From Rhizophagus irregularis (Eukaryota), in NCBI RefSeq assembly GCF_026210795.1, contig NC_089429.1, positions 4,526,001-4,590,000 of the forward strand: a stretch of DNA of 64,000 nt, in the 5' to 3' direction. The notes beneath the pieces are model-generated. The model had not been told where the DNA came from. It searched no databases and saw only the letters and a program-made list of their open reading frames with translations. A program made the translations under genes and the position numbers. This document shows, one piece after another, positions 13,561-24,800 of this stretch; within the stretch, counting starts at the first letter, position 1, and the number at the start of each line of letters is the position of its first letter.

Positions 13561-15317
13561 GGCGCCGATTGTCCTTGCCCTCCCAATTGCTTCAACAGTC
13601 CTTGGAGCAAATTGGGATCAATATTTCCGGTTGGGTTGAAACCAGCCTTACCACCGGTAGTATTCTCCTTCTTTGGACATCGTCTGCTAATATGTCCAGG
13701 TTCCCCGCACGAGTAACATACTATTGGTGGTCTATCTGGAACCGATAGTTCTGGTCTCGCAGCAGGTGGTTTCCGATAACTACCAGACGGACGATTATCA
13801 ATTTTCTTCTCAATTTCGGAAACTTGTTGCGCCAACACGGTAACTAATTTCGTCAATTCAGCCATCTCAGACTTGCCGGTTTGTGCATAATTCATTATCC
13901 GGGGTCTTCCAGAATTCATCGTCAATTCGCAGGCCTTTGCTCGATTAATGGCGTCGGTCAACGTTTGATCTCCAAAGGGTTTCACCGCCATGTATAATTC
14001 TGGCAATAAGCCAGACACGAACTTCCGGGCTTGTACATTATCCGGGTATGCAAATACCGGCTTGTTGATTCGCTGGTATAATTCCCTGATTGCTGACGCA
14101 TATTGATCGACCATTTCGTTCGGTTGTTGTTGCCGTTGGTCCAACTCGGTGGACTACATTTCAACCAATGCAGGTGTTCGGAATTGCTGCTTGAACACAT
14201 GTTCAAATGTGTTATTATTCGCTGCTCCTCCCCACGCGTTTATAGGGTTGTTGACAACCGTTTGCCACCATACTGCGGCCGTTCCTTTCAGATAGGCGGG
14301 CACGACTTGCAATTTGCGTGCTGCATTCCATCCATTTGCTGCGCATGCGTTATTGAACTTGTTTAACCATGTAATCGGGTCTTGGTTTCCGCCATAAAAC
14401 GTCGGAACTGGTGCCGCTTGTACTCCCCGATTCAGCATTGCATTATTGTTAGCTGTTACCGCTGCGTTTAAATTATTTAACGCATTATTCACATTTTGCA
14501 TATTATTTCCGCCAACTCCTAACGCATTTGTCAAATTATTCAAGGCGTTAAGGAGCTGGTTAGCATTAGGCATTCCTCCAGCTATAGCCGCCATGTCTGG
14601 TTCTTCTGGTTCGTTGAATAAATTTTCTAAATATAATTCTTCGTCGGTATAGAGTAAACCAGGATCTGGTGCTTGAAATAGGAAATCTAAGTGAAGGTCT
14701 TCGTCGGTATAAAGTAATCCGGCTTCTTCTTCTTTAAATAAATTATTAAGGTAAAGATCTTCATTGATATATAGTAGCCCAGGCTCTGGTCCTATTAGAT
14801 CAAAGTTGATCTCTAAATCGGAATAGTTGGATGATCCAGTTGATAATTGTACAACAAGGGATTCTGAAGAATCGGTTAATACTTCAGATAATTCAAGTTC
14901 TTCAGTTTCACTAGTTGCTTCCAGCAGCTCTCCGTAAAAATCCTTCTCAAAATTATCGGTAAGGATACAAGCGTTGTATATCTCTTGCCTTAGATTGGTG
15001 TAAGGGCGAGGTATATCGGTATATCTTACAGTGAAAACCAGTGAATAGATAGCTTCCCAAAGATCCCGAATGGTAGGTGCGTCCGATAAATCCTCTAGTG
15101 CTTGTTGAGTATTACTGGTATAACTTCCAGTAGGATTTTCGGTTGAATACCAGTCCCAAAAGTTAACGAATTGTGGAGTATTGGGTCCAGGCGGGTAACA
15201 ATATGGACAGGAAAGATCACGATGATAATACTGAACTTGGATTATATTATTGTTTAAACGTGTATGCCAACGATCGTGTATAGTATTCTGTTGAAAGAAT
15301 AGGTTATAATCTATCAT
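13551..15317 (-). pseudogene. Gypsy gag with long N-terminal extension and CCHC knuckle; internal TAG at 14156-14154
   Basis: PTFYGGNQDPITWL capsid start; CYSCGEPGHISRRC; ORFs 15317-14154 and 14144-13551 are in frame. Confidence 0.9.
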
Positions 15318-15343
15318 ACAATAATCGGGTGGGTATCAAGTTT

Positions 15344-15359
15344 CTGGCAGAAGGCACCA
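15344..15359 (-). promoter_or_regulatory. primer binding site TGGTGCCTTCTGCCAG (possibly tRNA-His)
   Basis: TGG starts 3 nt inside the 5' LTR and is complementary to a tRNA ending ...GGCACCA; tRNA identity is a guess. Confidence 0.7.
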
Positions 15360-15362
15360 AAT

Positions 15363-15867
15363 TGTTACTATCGATTTGCGTCGGGGTCACGTGATAGTAA
15401 CGGAAATTCGTGTCACGTTTATCGTAAAATAAAATGAAATAAAGTATATATGTAAAATTAAGAGTTATATGTATGATTTTAAAGTGTATATTTATTCAAT
15501 GTAAATAATAACTTAAAATAATCAAGCAATACAATAAATAAATGCTAATACATAATAAATTCATAAATAATATCAGAATAGAATATTGCTGCCTCTGCCG
15601 GCGATCTGCAATATTACCGAATAAACTATACTAAAATTTAACACTAAATAAACCTTAATTATCCCCTATCCCCCACTGTTCGCCCGCTCTATATATATTG
15701 TTCAAAAATTCGGTATAAATTATACTATGTATAAGTTAAACTTCGTATAAATTATACCAAGTATAAATTACACTTAGTATAAACTATACAAAGTATAAGT
15801 TACACCGTTACACTGCGGATCGCTGCTAATTTCTTGAACTTTCCATGTGGCGCAGATCCGCGTAACA
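15363..15867 (-). repeat. 5' LTR (505 bp)
   Basis: Direct repeat of 7982-8486. Confidence 0.95.
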
Positions 15868-15904
15868 TCATCAATGATTTTCACGGCACAGCCATGAAAA
15901 ATGA

Positions 15905-16509
15905 GAGCAGTAATCCCGCACCCGTGATAAAAATAGTTTGCTATTTTTAGCATCGTCTCAAAATTAATCTGGGACAAGTTTACTTATTTTTATCTTTTTA
16001 AAATATTTATTTAAGTTATGCGTGTTAACCGCGTTTTTTTTGGTTTTTTTTCTTGTAAAAAAATAAAAAAATAAAATATTCTAAGTCTGTGCTTTTTTTT
16101 ATTTTTTTCTTTCTTCATTTGAATATTTTATATATTTTATGTATAATATATTATGTTTTTTTAACAAAAATATTTTTTTATAAATATTTCAAATATTTCT
16201 AACGAAAAATACCTTTTATTTAATCAGTTTCATTGTAATAAAAGAGAAAATTTTATATTTAATAAAGAAAAAAATATATATAATATAAATAAATCAAAAC
16301 ACGAAAATAAAAGTATCTTTGAGTTTTTTTTAAATAAATAAATCGTGTGTTATAAAATTATTACATTTTTACTTATAGAAATAAAAAAAAAAATTGAAAA
16401 AGCGCGCAACTAATAAATGATAAAAATAAAGTAAACTTGTCCCAGATTAATTTTGAGACGATGCTAAAAATAGTAAACTATTTTTATCACGGGTGCGGGA
16501 TTACTGCTC
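15905..16509. mobile_element. Mutator-like (MULE) MITE, 605 bp
   Basis: ~80-bp near-perfect TIRs starting GAGCAGTAATCCCGCACCCGTG; 9-bp TSD GAAAAATGA on both sides. Confidence 0.9.
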
Positions 16510-17130
16510 GAAAAATGATATTCCAGTGGCTTAGTAAAATAACTTATTTATCTCCGGTATCCGTACATAAAGCCCTTTAATATATACTTATTTTGACTAA
16601 TAATGATCTTTTTATTCCAATATTGCTTTTTACCCATCTTTTTAAATAAACACCACCCGTGAGAATATCAAGAAAAAAATTCACAAATTTTAACTAGGAA
16701 CCGTGGGATAACTTGTATTAAATACATACGAAACTAAAAATCATAATAATGTTTACAAATTGTTTAATTTGCTAACGAAGACTAGTATGGATTACTTTAT
16801 GGTGAGAAAAAATTGTCAATCATAAGGCGCAGCACATATTTTTAGTTTAACTGACACCAAAAAATCTGCCCAAAAAATTCCGCACAGGCCGGCACTATGC
16901 AGTAACACGTGAATAAACAGTAGTGCGTGACAAATAGGATTTTGACTAACCGAAAAAAATCTAAGTCCCTCAGATACTTATAGAAAATGGAAACACAGAG
17001 GGACGTGACACGTGTGATGAATAAATTTTACTATGTGGATTAATTTTTTAGTACAGTGTGACATAGTACAAATCGTACAAATAACCTTAAATCGATATTT
17101 TTTTTTTAAAAAAAAATTTTTTTACAAGAA

Positions 17131-18540
17131 ATGATGAGAGGATATTCATTAGAAAAAGATTTAAGATTATTAATAAATAATCCAAAATATAGTGACATAG
17201 AAATTTTATGTGAGGATGGAAAGAAATTATATGGTTGTAAAGCAATTTTAGCAGCAAGATCCGAAGTATTTAACGGATTACTTTATAATGGAATGAAGGA
17301 AAGTTATGAAAACAAAATTACTTTTCCAAATATTAATTCTTTTGGTATGGAGATTATTATGGAATATATTTATACGGGATCAATTAAAGAAGAATTTTTA
17401 ACAAAGGATAATATAACTGAAGCATTTTACGCCGCAGATTATTTTCAATTACCAGACCTTCAGGATTTTATTATAAAAGTTTTCAAAAATTTCAAAAATA
17501 TGTTAGAAAAATATTTTTCTCCGGAAATATTGTCTATATTTGCAGGAAAAATGCCATTAACAGAAGATAATATTCTATTAAATTTATTGGTTAAAGCGGT
17601 AGCTAATATTCCATTAAATACAATTGAATTCGATCGATTATCTATTAAAGGTCTTCAATATCTTTTATATTGTACACATGAAAAAAAAATTCCTTTTGCA
17701 ACCCCAGAATATGAAGTTTTTCGATATAGTGCTATCCTTGCAGCAAAACAAGTTTCTAACGATGCATATAAAGCTCTTATGGAACGGGTACCGACCTTAG
17801 AACAAATAGAAAACTCTGTACAAGTACTAGAGAATAAAATAATTGCTGATCATCAAAAAATTGCTAAAGAATTGGAACCTTTAATTGAATTTATTGATTT
17901 CAGACGAATTCAAGGTCTAATATTAGTTGATATTATTGAGCCACTAGAAATTGTTCCAACTAAAATTATTTTAAATGTATATCGATATAATACAAAATCA
18001 ATTAATTCCGATAGAAATTATATTCGAGGAGTACCCATTTATTTCAATTATATTTGGGATGATACAGCATGTGGATCAAAACTTATTATTGAGGATAATG
18101 GAAAAGTTATTTATGCACGAAATGATCTTGATTTACTCCATAGTGTTAGAGCTAAAATGATATTAGAAAATAATTATATTTTTGAATGGGATGTTATTAT
18201 TGAAAGAACTTGTAGTTGGTCTTGGGTTGGGGTATGTGCATCAGAAAATTTTGATTATGAAATTCCTGCAGGAAAACAATTTTCTGGATGGGTATTAGGT
18301 TCCAATGGTAATTGTCGTAGTTCTGGAGTTAATATAGGAAATTATTGCCCATCATTCGGAGATGGTACAAAAATTACTGTCCACTTAGATATGAATAAAA
18401 GAACTTGTGCTTTTACAGTCAACGGTACAAAGTATCCAGAAGTATCAACATGGGATAATTTACCATCAAAGCTTTATCCAGTAGTATCGTTGTATTACCC
18501 TGGTCGATTTCGAATTCAGCCTCATCAGAAAAGAATTTGA
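17131..18540 (+). CDS. BTB/POZ-BACK-SPRY protein, 469 aa
   Basis: Intact paralog of 1990-3411. Confidence 0.9.
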   Translation: MMRGYSLEKDLRLLINNPKYSDIEILCEDGKKLYGCKAILAARSEVFNGLLYNGMKESYENKITFPNINSFGMEIIMEYIYTGSIKEEFLTKDNITEAFYAADYFQLPDLQDFIIKVFKNFKNMLEKYFSPEILSIFAGKMPLTEDNILLNLLVKAVANIPLNTIEFDRLSIKGLQYLLYCTHEKKIPFATPEYEVFRYSAILAAKQVSNDAYKALMERVPTLEQIENSVQVLENKIIADHQKIAKELEPLIEFIDFRRIQGLILVDIIEPLEIVPTKIILNVYRYNTKSINSDRNYIRGVPIYFNYIWDDTACGSKLIIEDNGKVIYARNDLDLLHSVRAKMILENNYIFEWDVIIERTCSWSWVGVCASENFDYEIPAGKQFSGWVLGSNGNCRSSGVNIGNYCPSFGDGTKITVHLDMNKRTCAFTVNGTKYPEVSTWDNLPSKLYPVVSLYYPGRFRIQPHQKRI

Positions 18541-19708
18541 TTGTAAAAAACCTTTTGATATTATTTACAACTATAATGAAAGATTTAAATTCGTGGTCAA
18601 ATTACTAATATAGTCAGAAATCATAATTTAGTGTTCAAGTCTTTTTTCAAATTACCAGAATAAACTACGAAACATGATTGGTTAGGGCGTTTAATGTTTT
18701 ATATTTTAATGTTAAAATAATGCATAAAAAATTAATTAATTAAAATGAAAAGATGACAATAATATTAAACATGAAATTTTCATTTTCTAAATTAAATAGA
18801 TCGGAGATCTAGGTTAAAGGTGCTCGAAAATTAGATATACCGATAAATTAAAACTTAATATAATGACAAAATTTTACTATCCCACTATACGAGAGAACAT
18901 AAGCATATCAGATTTTTCAATAATTTTTGACACTAACATTTGTTATATCGTAGTTTGAATGAAGAAAGGGTTGTATACCATTTTTTGCTCTTTAATTTTG
19001 TAAAAGTTAATTATAGCAAAAAATTGGCATTCAGAATCCAAGTTTTCACCCTAAGTAAACTTGCGGAAAAAGCAAAAATACGTATAGGAATCAATTTTAA
19101 TGTCTGTGTGGTGGTTTTACTAAGTTTTATTTGAAAAATAAACACAAAAAATTTTCTCGTTAACGGATTATCATCTATTTTTGATAGTGTCACGTGATCA
19201 AATGATCAATTATTTGGTAGTAATAATGAAACTTTTTTCTCTTTAAATAGAAATTTAGAATTCTTAACTCGCTATTGAATGATTTATATGGTTCATCAAA
19301 ATTTGAATTCATACAATTTTTTTTTCTTTAAAAAAAGGAAAGAAAAAAGAATACGATATAAAACTGCTAACAATAAAAAAGAAAAAAAAACTTGTCGAAA
19401 CAAAAAACAAATTTTGGTTATTTTTTGCTCATATATTTTATAAATTAATAAAGTAACATAATAATAAACAGCTTATTTTTATGGCTGATGAAATATTTAA
19501 TCATATATGCAAATTTTATGGTACAATCATTAATACTTTTTGACCGCGTAAAGAAACCCTTTATCCAATCAAATGAGTCAATTAGAGAATGACCTTACAC
19601 TGAAAAGCGTAAAAAGTTAGTGCTATAAGATAATATCATTCACGTTCAATTGTTTAAAAATAGTCGTCCACAAGTAATCACACTAGTCGAACTAAGCTAT
19701 ATTTATTA

Positions 19709-20015
19709 GGCCACACAAATTCAATTTTTCGGTTCACGTAACATTGAAATTTAAAATCGACCCGGGGACCCGGGGTTTATTGTTTATTAGTAAAAAAAGT
19801 TTATATATAAAATCGTGACATTTGATTGGTTGACTTTTAAAAGGGAGGAATTTATTTTCGCTCTAGAAGTTCTCAGCCGCGTAATAAACTTACCCGCCAA
19901 TAAATTACGTCCCGATCACGTGATAAATTTTTTTATATATAAACTTTTTTTTATTGAAATTTGAAAAAGTGACCCGGCCGGGTGAAGTGAACCGAAAATT
20001 CGAATTTGTGTGGCC
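19709..20015. mobile_element. PIF/Harbinger (Tourist-like) MITE
   Basis: TIRs GGCCACACAAATTC...GAATTTGTGTGGCC with TTA on both flanks. Confidence 0.8.
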
Positions 20016-20336
20016 TTAAATATTAAATTAATCAAACCACATTTTTGCGAGCGAATATGATTGTGATTAAAACAAAATCGTGAATGTGATTTTTGGCACA
20101 TTTTTGTTTTAGGATAAGTTTTATTATTAATTTTCTTTTATTCTTTAGTTTTATAAATTTACTCTTTTACCATAATGTTTTATTATTAACCTAGTAATGT
20201 TGTATCACTCGAAATTCTAAGCTTAAAAAAAAATGATCTTTACAATGGACGGAGTTGCTATGGTATTATGGGTCATTATCCTACGTTCTATAAATTGCGT
20301 GTTAAAATAAATATTATTCTTACTTAAAAAGCCAAC

Positions 20337-21066
20337 GAAAAATCCACCAAAAAGTAGAGTATTTCATACAGCTGTATTAAGTAAGTAATGTAGTCATTGA
20401 TTATATTTCTATTTAATTAATTATTTTATTATTTTTAATATGCTAATTTAAATGTTTCACTTTTTTGGAATATTTAAAAGCAAACGATAAATGAATAATT
20501 ATATTTGGCGGCGCTGATAATACTACGAAACATCCAGCAGAGACTTATTATGAAGTATTAGATGTGAATACATACCAATGGTATCATAGTAATAAAGATA
20601 TATACATTGGAGCTCCTTATAAAGGCCATACGGTAACTTTAGCTGACGATCATATGCTTATTGCTTTCGGTAAATATAACTATTTTTTTATTTTTGTCCA
20701 GAACGAAAAATATGACTGTTTACTGTATAAATTTGTGTTACCCCTGTAACGACCTTTCACCTTCTTTCCTTTCAATTTTACGAATTGCTCTGCTTCTCTT
20801 CCTTTTTTCGAATATGTTACTGTCTGCACCACTTTCACTCCGATATATTTTTTTTTTACTTTGAACTTATAATTTACTATGATTAATATTTTTTTAGGGT
20901 TCGTTTATACAAAGGAAGGTAATGTTCTTAATGATGAAATCTTGATTTATAATATTGGTGATTATGCCGATTTTGATCAGGTAGAAAATTTAAGTCAATG
21001 TCTGTCAATCACCTTCGGAACCTCCTGCTGCTACAGAACCTCCTACTACGGAACCTTCTCCACATG
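20337..21066 (+). pseudogene. Kelch-repeat protein fragment with introns
   Basis: PPKSRVFHTAVL|gtaagt...ag|NDK*IIIFGG...VLDVNTYQW...GHTVTLADDHMLIAFG|gt; in-frame TGA; Pro-rich EPPAATEPPTTEPS tail in a shifted frame. Confidence 0.7.
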
Positions 21067-21204
21067 AAAAATCTTTGGATTAGTCTTTTTAAGTTTGATT
21101 TGATAGTGTCACGTGATTGACGATCATGTCTATCAATGTCACGAATATTTGAATGTTTGTATGTCTGTATAAATAAAACAAGAAAAACGGCTGGCATTAA
21201 TGTG

Positions 21205-21301
21205 GACAAAATGTCCCGGACATGAAATTATAGTGGACATGGACCGGACTGTCCGGTCCGGGACTGTCCAATGTCCGTGTCCATGTCCCATGACAACACT
21301 G
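21205..21301. mobile_element. solo hAT-like transposon end
   Basis: GGACA/TGTCC subterminal repeats ending CATGACAACACTG; partner end not seen. Confidence 0.45.
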
Positions 21302-21827
21302 AGTAGGTGTAGTGGAAAAATCTTACCACGCTACGGTGACTGCCGCGTTCGCGTTGTTTATATTTATACCTGATCTCTATTTGTCACGCCCACCCATTGC
21401 CCATTGGGTGTTGGGTGTTGCAACTGTTATATGTGTCACCATAAACGTATCTATATAGTGGCATTTCTTGCGCCACGCCGCCACCCGCAGCCGTCTTCAA
21501 AGATCGAAAACTCAGACTTTTTCACATGCCCACCTTTTTACTTCATAACAAAATTTACTATTGTACTGGCGCTTGATACTTTTTAAAAGAATTGTGAAAT
21601 TTAAAACTTTTAACTCTTTTATAGTTAATGATCGACAAGAAAGTTGTTATTTTTATAATTTAGTGACATTTCGGACGCTCTAACGGTCCTGCTGCCTAAT
21701 TAAATATATCCGGAACTAAAACCTGAAATTTGGTATCTGCATTTTGCATTAGTATTACACAAACAACTATATATACTCGAATAAAGGCGTTTTATTTACC
21801 TTATTTTTAGGAAAAAATTATTTAGTA

Positions 21828-24800
21828 ATGGCTCAAAGTAACGATAAAGGTAAAAGCATATAACATGAGTATAGATATCTAATACAAATTGAAATTGCTC
21901 TAAATTTTTTTCAAACCAAATTTGCAACATAATGAAACTAGTTTCAAAAATTGAGAAAGATAAAGGTAAGAAAATTATTTAACAGCTTGCGAATTATAAA
22001 CATAATTTAAATTTTTTAAACTATTTCTAAATATTATTTTACTATATTAGCTCGTAAGTAATAGGTTATCTTATAATCGGAATGATAATTAATTAAATTA
22101 CTTATTTCTATTATTTTATATAACCAAATAATTCATTTTATTATTTAATATTATTATAGTTGGTAAGTTAATAGCTATTTTTTTTTTATTGCATTTTACA
22201 TGATATCTTAAATAACTAAATTTTCTATTAATATAATTACGATACTAATATCATAGGAAGTAAGTAATTAATTTTATATTAATTTAAAAGTATTTAAAGT
22301 ATTTATTTAATAATTTTAATAATATAGGGAGTATGTTTTTATTTAATTCCATTATATTTATATAATATTTACATATAATTTAAACTAACTAAATTCTTTA
22401 TTTAAAAAATTATTCAAACATTTTAGAACGTAAGTAATTCTATTATATTTATACAATATTTACATATAATTTAAACTAACTAGATTCTTTATTTAAAAAA
22501 TTATTCAAATATTTTAGAACGTAAGTAATTCTATTATATTTATATAATATTTACATATAATTTAAACTAACTAAATTCTTTATTAAAAAACCATTTTGTA
22601 ATTTCTTTTAGTTGGTAAGTTATAAGTTATTTATATAATATTTACATATAATTTAAACTAACTAAATTCTTTATTTAAAAAATTATTCAAATATTTTAGA
22701 ACGTAAGTAATTCTATTATATTTATATAATATTTACATATAATTTAAGCTAACTAAATTCTTTATTTAAAAAATTATTCAAATATTTTAGATTGTAAGTA
22801 ATTCTATTATATTTATATAATATTTACATATAATTTAAACTAACTAAATTCTTTATTTAAAAAATTATTCAAATATTTTAGATTGTAAGTAATTCTATTA
22901 TATTTTTATAATATTTACTTATAATTTAAACTAACTAAATTCTTTATTTAAAAAATTATTCAAATATTTTAGATTGTAAGTAATTCTATTATATTTTTAT
23001 AATATTTACATATAATTTATACTAACTAAATTCTTTATTTAAAAATTATTTATTAGGGAGTATGTTATTTATTTAATTCTATTATATTTATATAATATTT
23101 AAATATAATTTAAGCCAACTAAATTCTTTATTTAAAAATATTTTAGAATGTAAGTAATTTTATAATATTTACATATAATTTAAAACTAACTAAATTCTTT
23201 ATTAAAAAACTATTTTGTAATTTCTTTTAGTTGGTAAGTTATAAGTTATTTATATAATATTTACATATAATTTAAACTAACTAAATTCTTTATTTAAAAA
23301 TTATTCAAATATTTTAGAATGTAAGTAATTCTATTATATTTATATAATATTTATATTTAATTAAACTAACTAAATTCTTTATTTAAAAATTATTCAAATA
23401 TTTTAGGTTGTAAGTAATTCTATCATATTTATATAATAATTACATATAATTTAAACTTACTAAATTCTTTATTTAAAAAATTATTCAAATATTTTAGATA
23501 GTGAGTAATTCTATTATATTTATAGAATATTTACATATAATTTAAACTAACTAAATTCTTTATTTAAAAAATTATTTATTTAATAATATAGGATGTATGT
23601 TATTTATTTAATTCTATTGTATTTATATAATATTTACATATAATTTAAATTAACTGAACTCTTTATTTAAAAAATTATTCAAATATTTTAGATGGTAAGT
23701 AATTCTATTATAATTTACATATAATTTAAACTAACTAAATTCTTTATTTAAAAAATTATTCAAATATTTTAGAACGTAAGTAATTCTATTATATTTATAT
23801 AATATTTATATATAATTTAAACCAACTAAATTCTTTATTTAAAAAATTATTTATTTAATAATTTTAATAATATAGGGAGTATGTTATTTATTTGATTCTA
23901 TTATATCTATATAATATTTACATATAATTTAAACTAACTAAATTTTTATTTAAAAAATTATTCAAATATTTTAGATTGTAAGTAATTCTATAATATTTAT
24001 ATAATATACATATAATTTAGACCAACTAAATTTTTTATTTAAAAAATTATTCAAATATTTTAGATAGTAAGTAATTCTATTATATTTATATAATATTTAT
24101 ATATAATTTAAACTAACTAAATTCTTTATTTAAAAAATTATTCAAATATTTTAGATAGTAAGTAATTCTATTACATTTATATAATATTTACATATAATTT
24201 AACTAACTAAATTCTTTATTTAAAAATTTATTTTGTAATTTTTTTTAGTTGGTATGTTATAAGTTATTTATTTAATTCTATTATATTTACTATAATATTT
24301 ATATATAATTTAAACTAAATTCTTTATTTAAAAAATATTCAAATATTTAGATGGTAAGTAATTCTATATTTACTATATAATATTTACATATAATTTAAAC
24401 TAACTAAATTCTTTATTTAAAAAATTATTTACTTAATAATATAGGGCGTATGTTATTTATTTAATTCTATTATATTTATATAATATTTACATATAATTTA
24501 AACTAACTAAATCCTTTATTTAAAAAATTATTTATTTAATAATATAGGGCGTATGTTATTTATTTAATTCTATTATATTTATATAATATTTACATATAAT
24601 TTAAACTAACTAAATTCTTTATTTAAAAAATTATTCAAATATTTTAGATAGTAAGTAATTCTATTATATTTATATAATATTTATATATAATTTAAACTAA
24701 CTAAATTCTTTATTTAAAAAATTATTCAAATATTTTAGAACGTAAGTAATTCTATTTATATTTATATAATATTTACATATAATTCAAACTAACTAAATTC

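Larger units (their letters stand above)
7982..15867 (-). mobile_element. full-length Ty3/Gypsy LTR retrotransposon with premature stops
   Basis: Two 505-bp LTRs (TGTTAC...GTAACA), PBS, PPT, and domain order gag(CCHC)-PR-RT-RH-IN. Confidence 0.97.
7956..16713. mobile_element. outer TIR-type insertion hosting the Gypsy element and a MULE MITE
   Basis: Paralogous BTB-SPRY upstream sequence (cf. 1145-1210) stops at ~7950 and resumes at ~16712; ends AGTTATTTCACGG / CCGTGGGATAACT form an imperfect 13-bp inverted repeat. Confidence 0.45.

Noticed and set aside
15774..15977. 67-aa minus-strand ORF
   Set aside because: Chance read-through from the MITE into the LTR; its tail duplicates the LTR-encoded end of the 8393 ORF.
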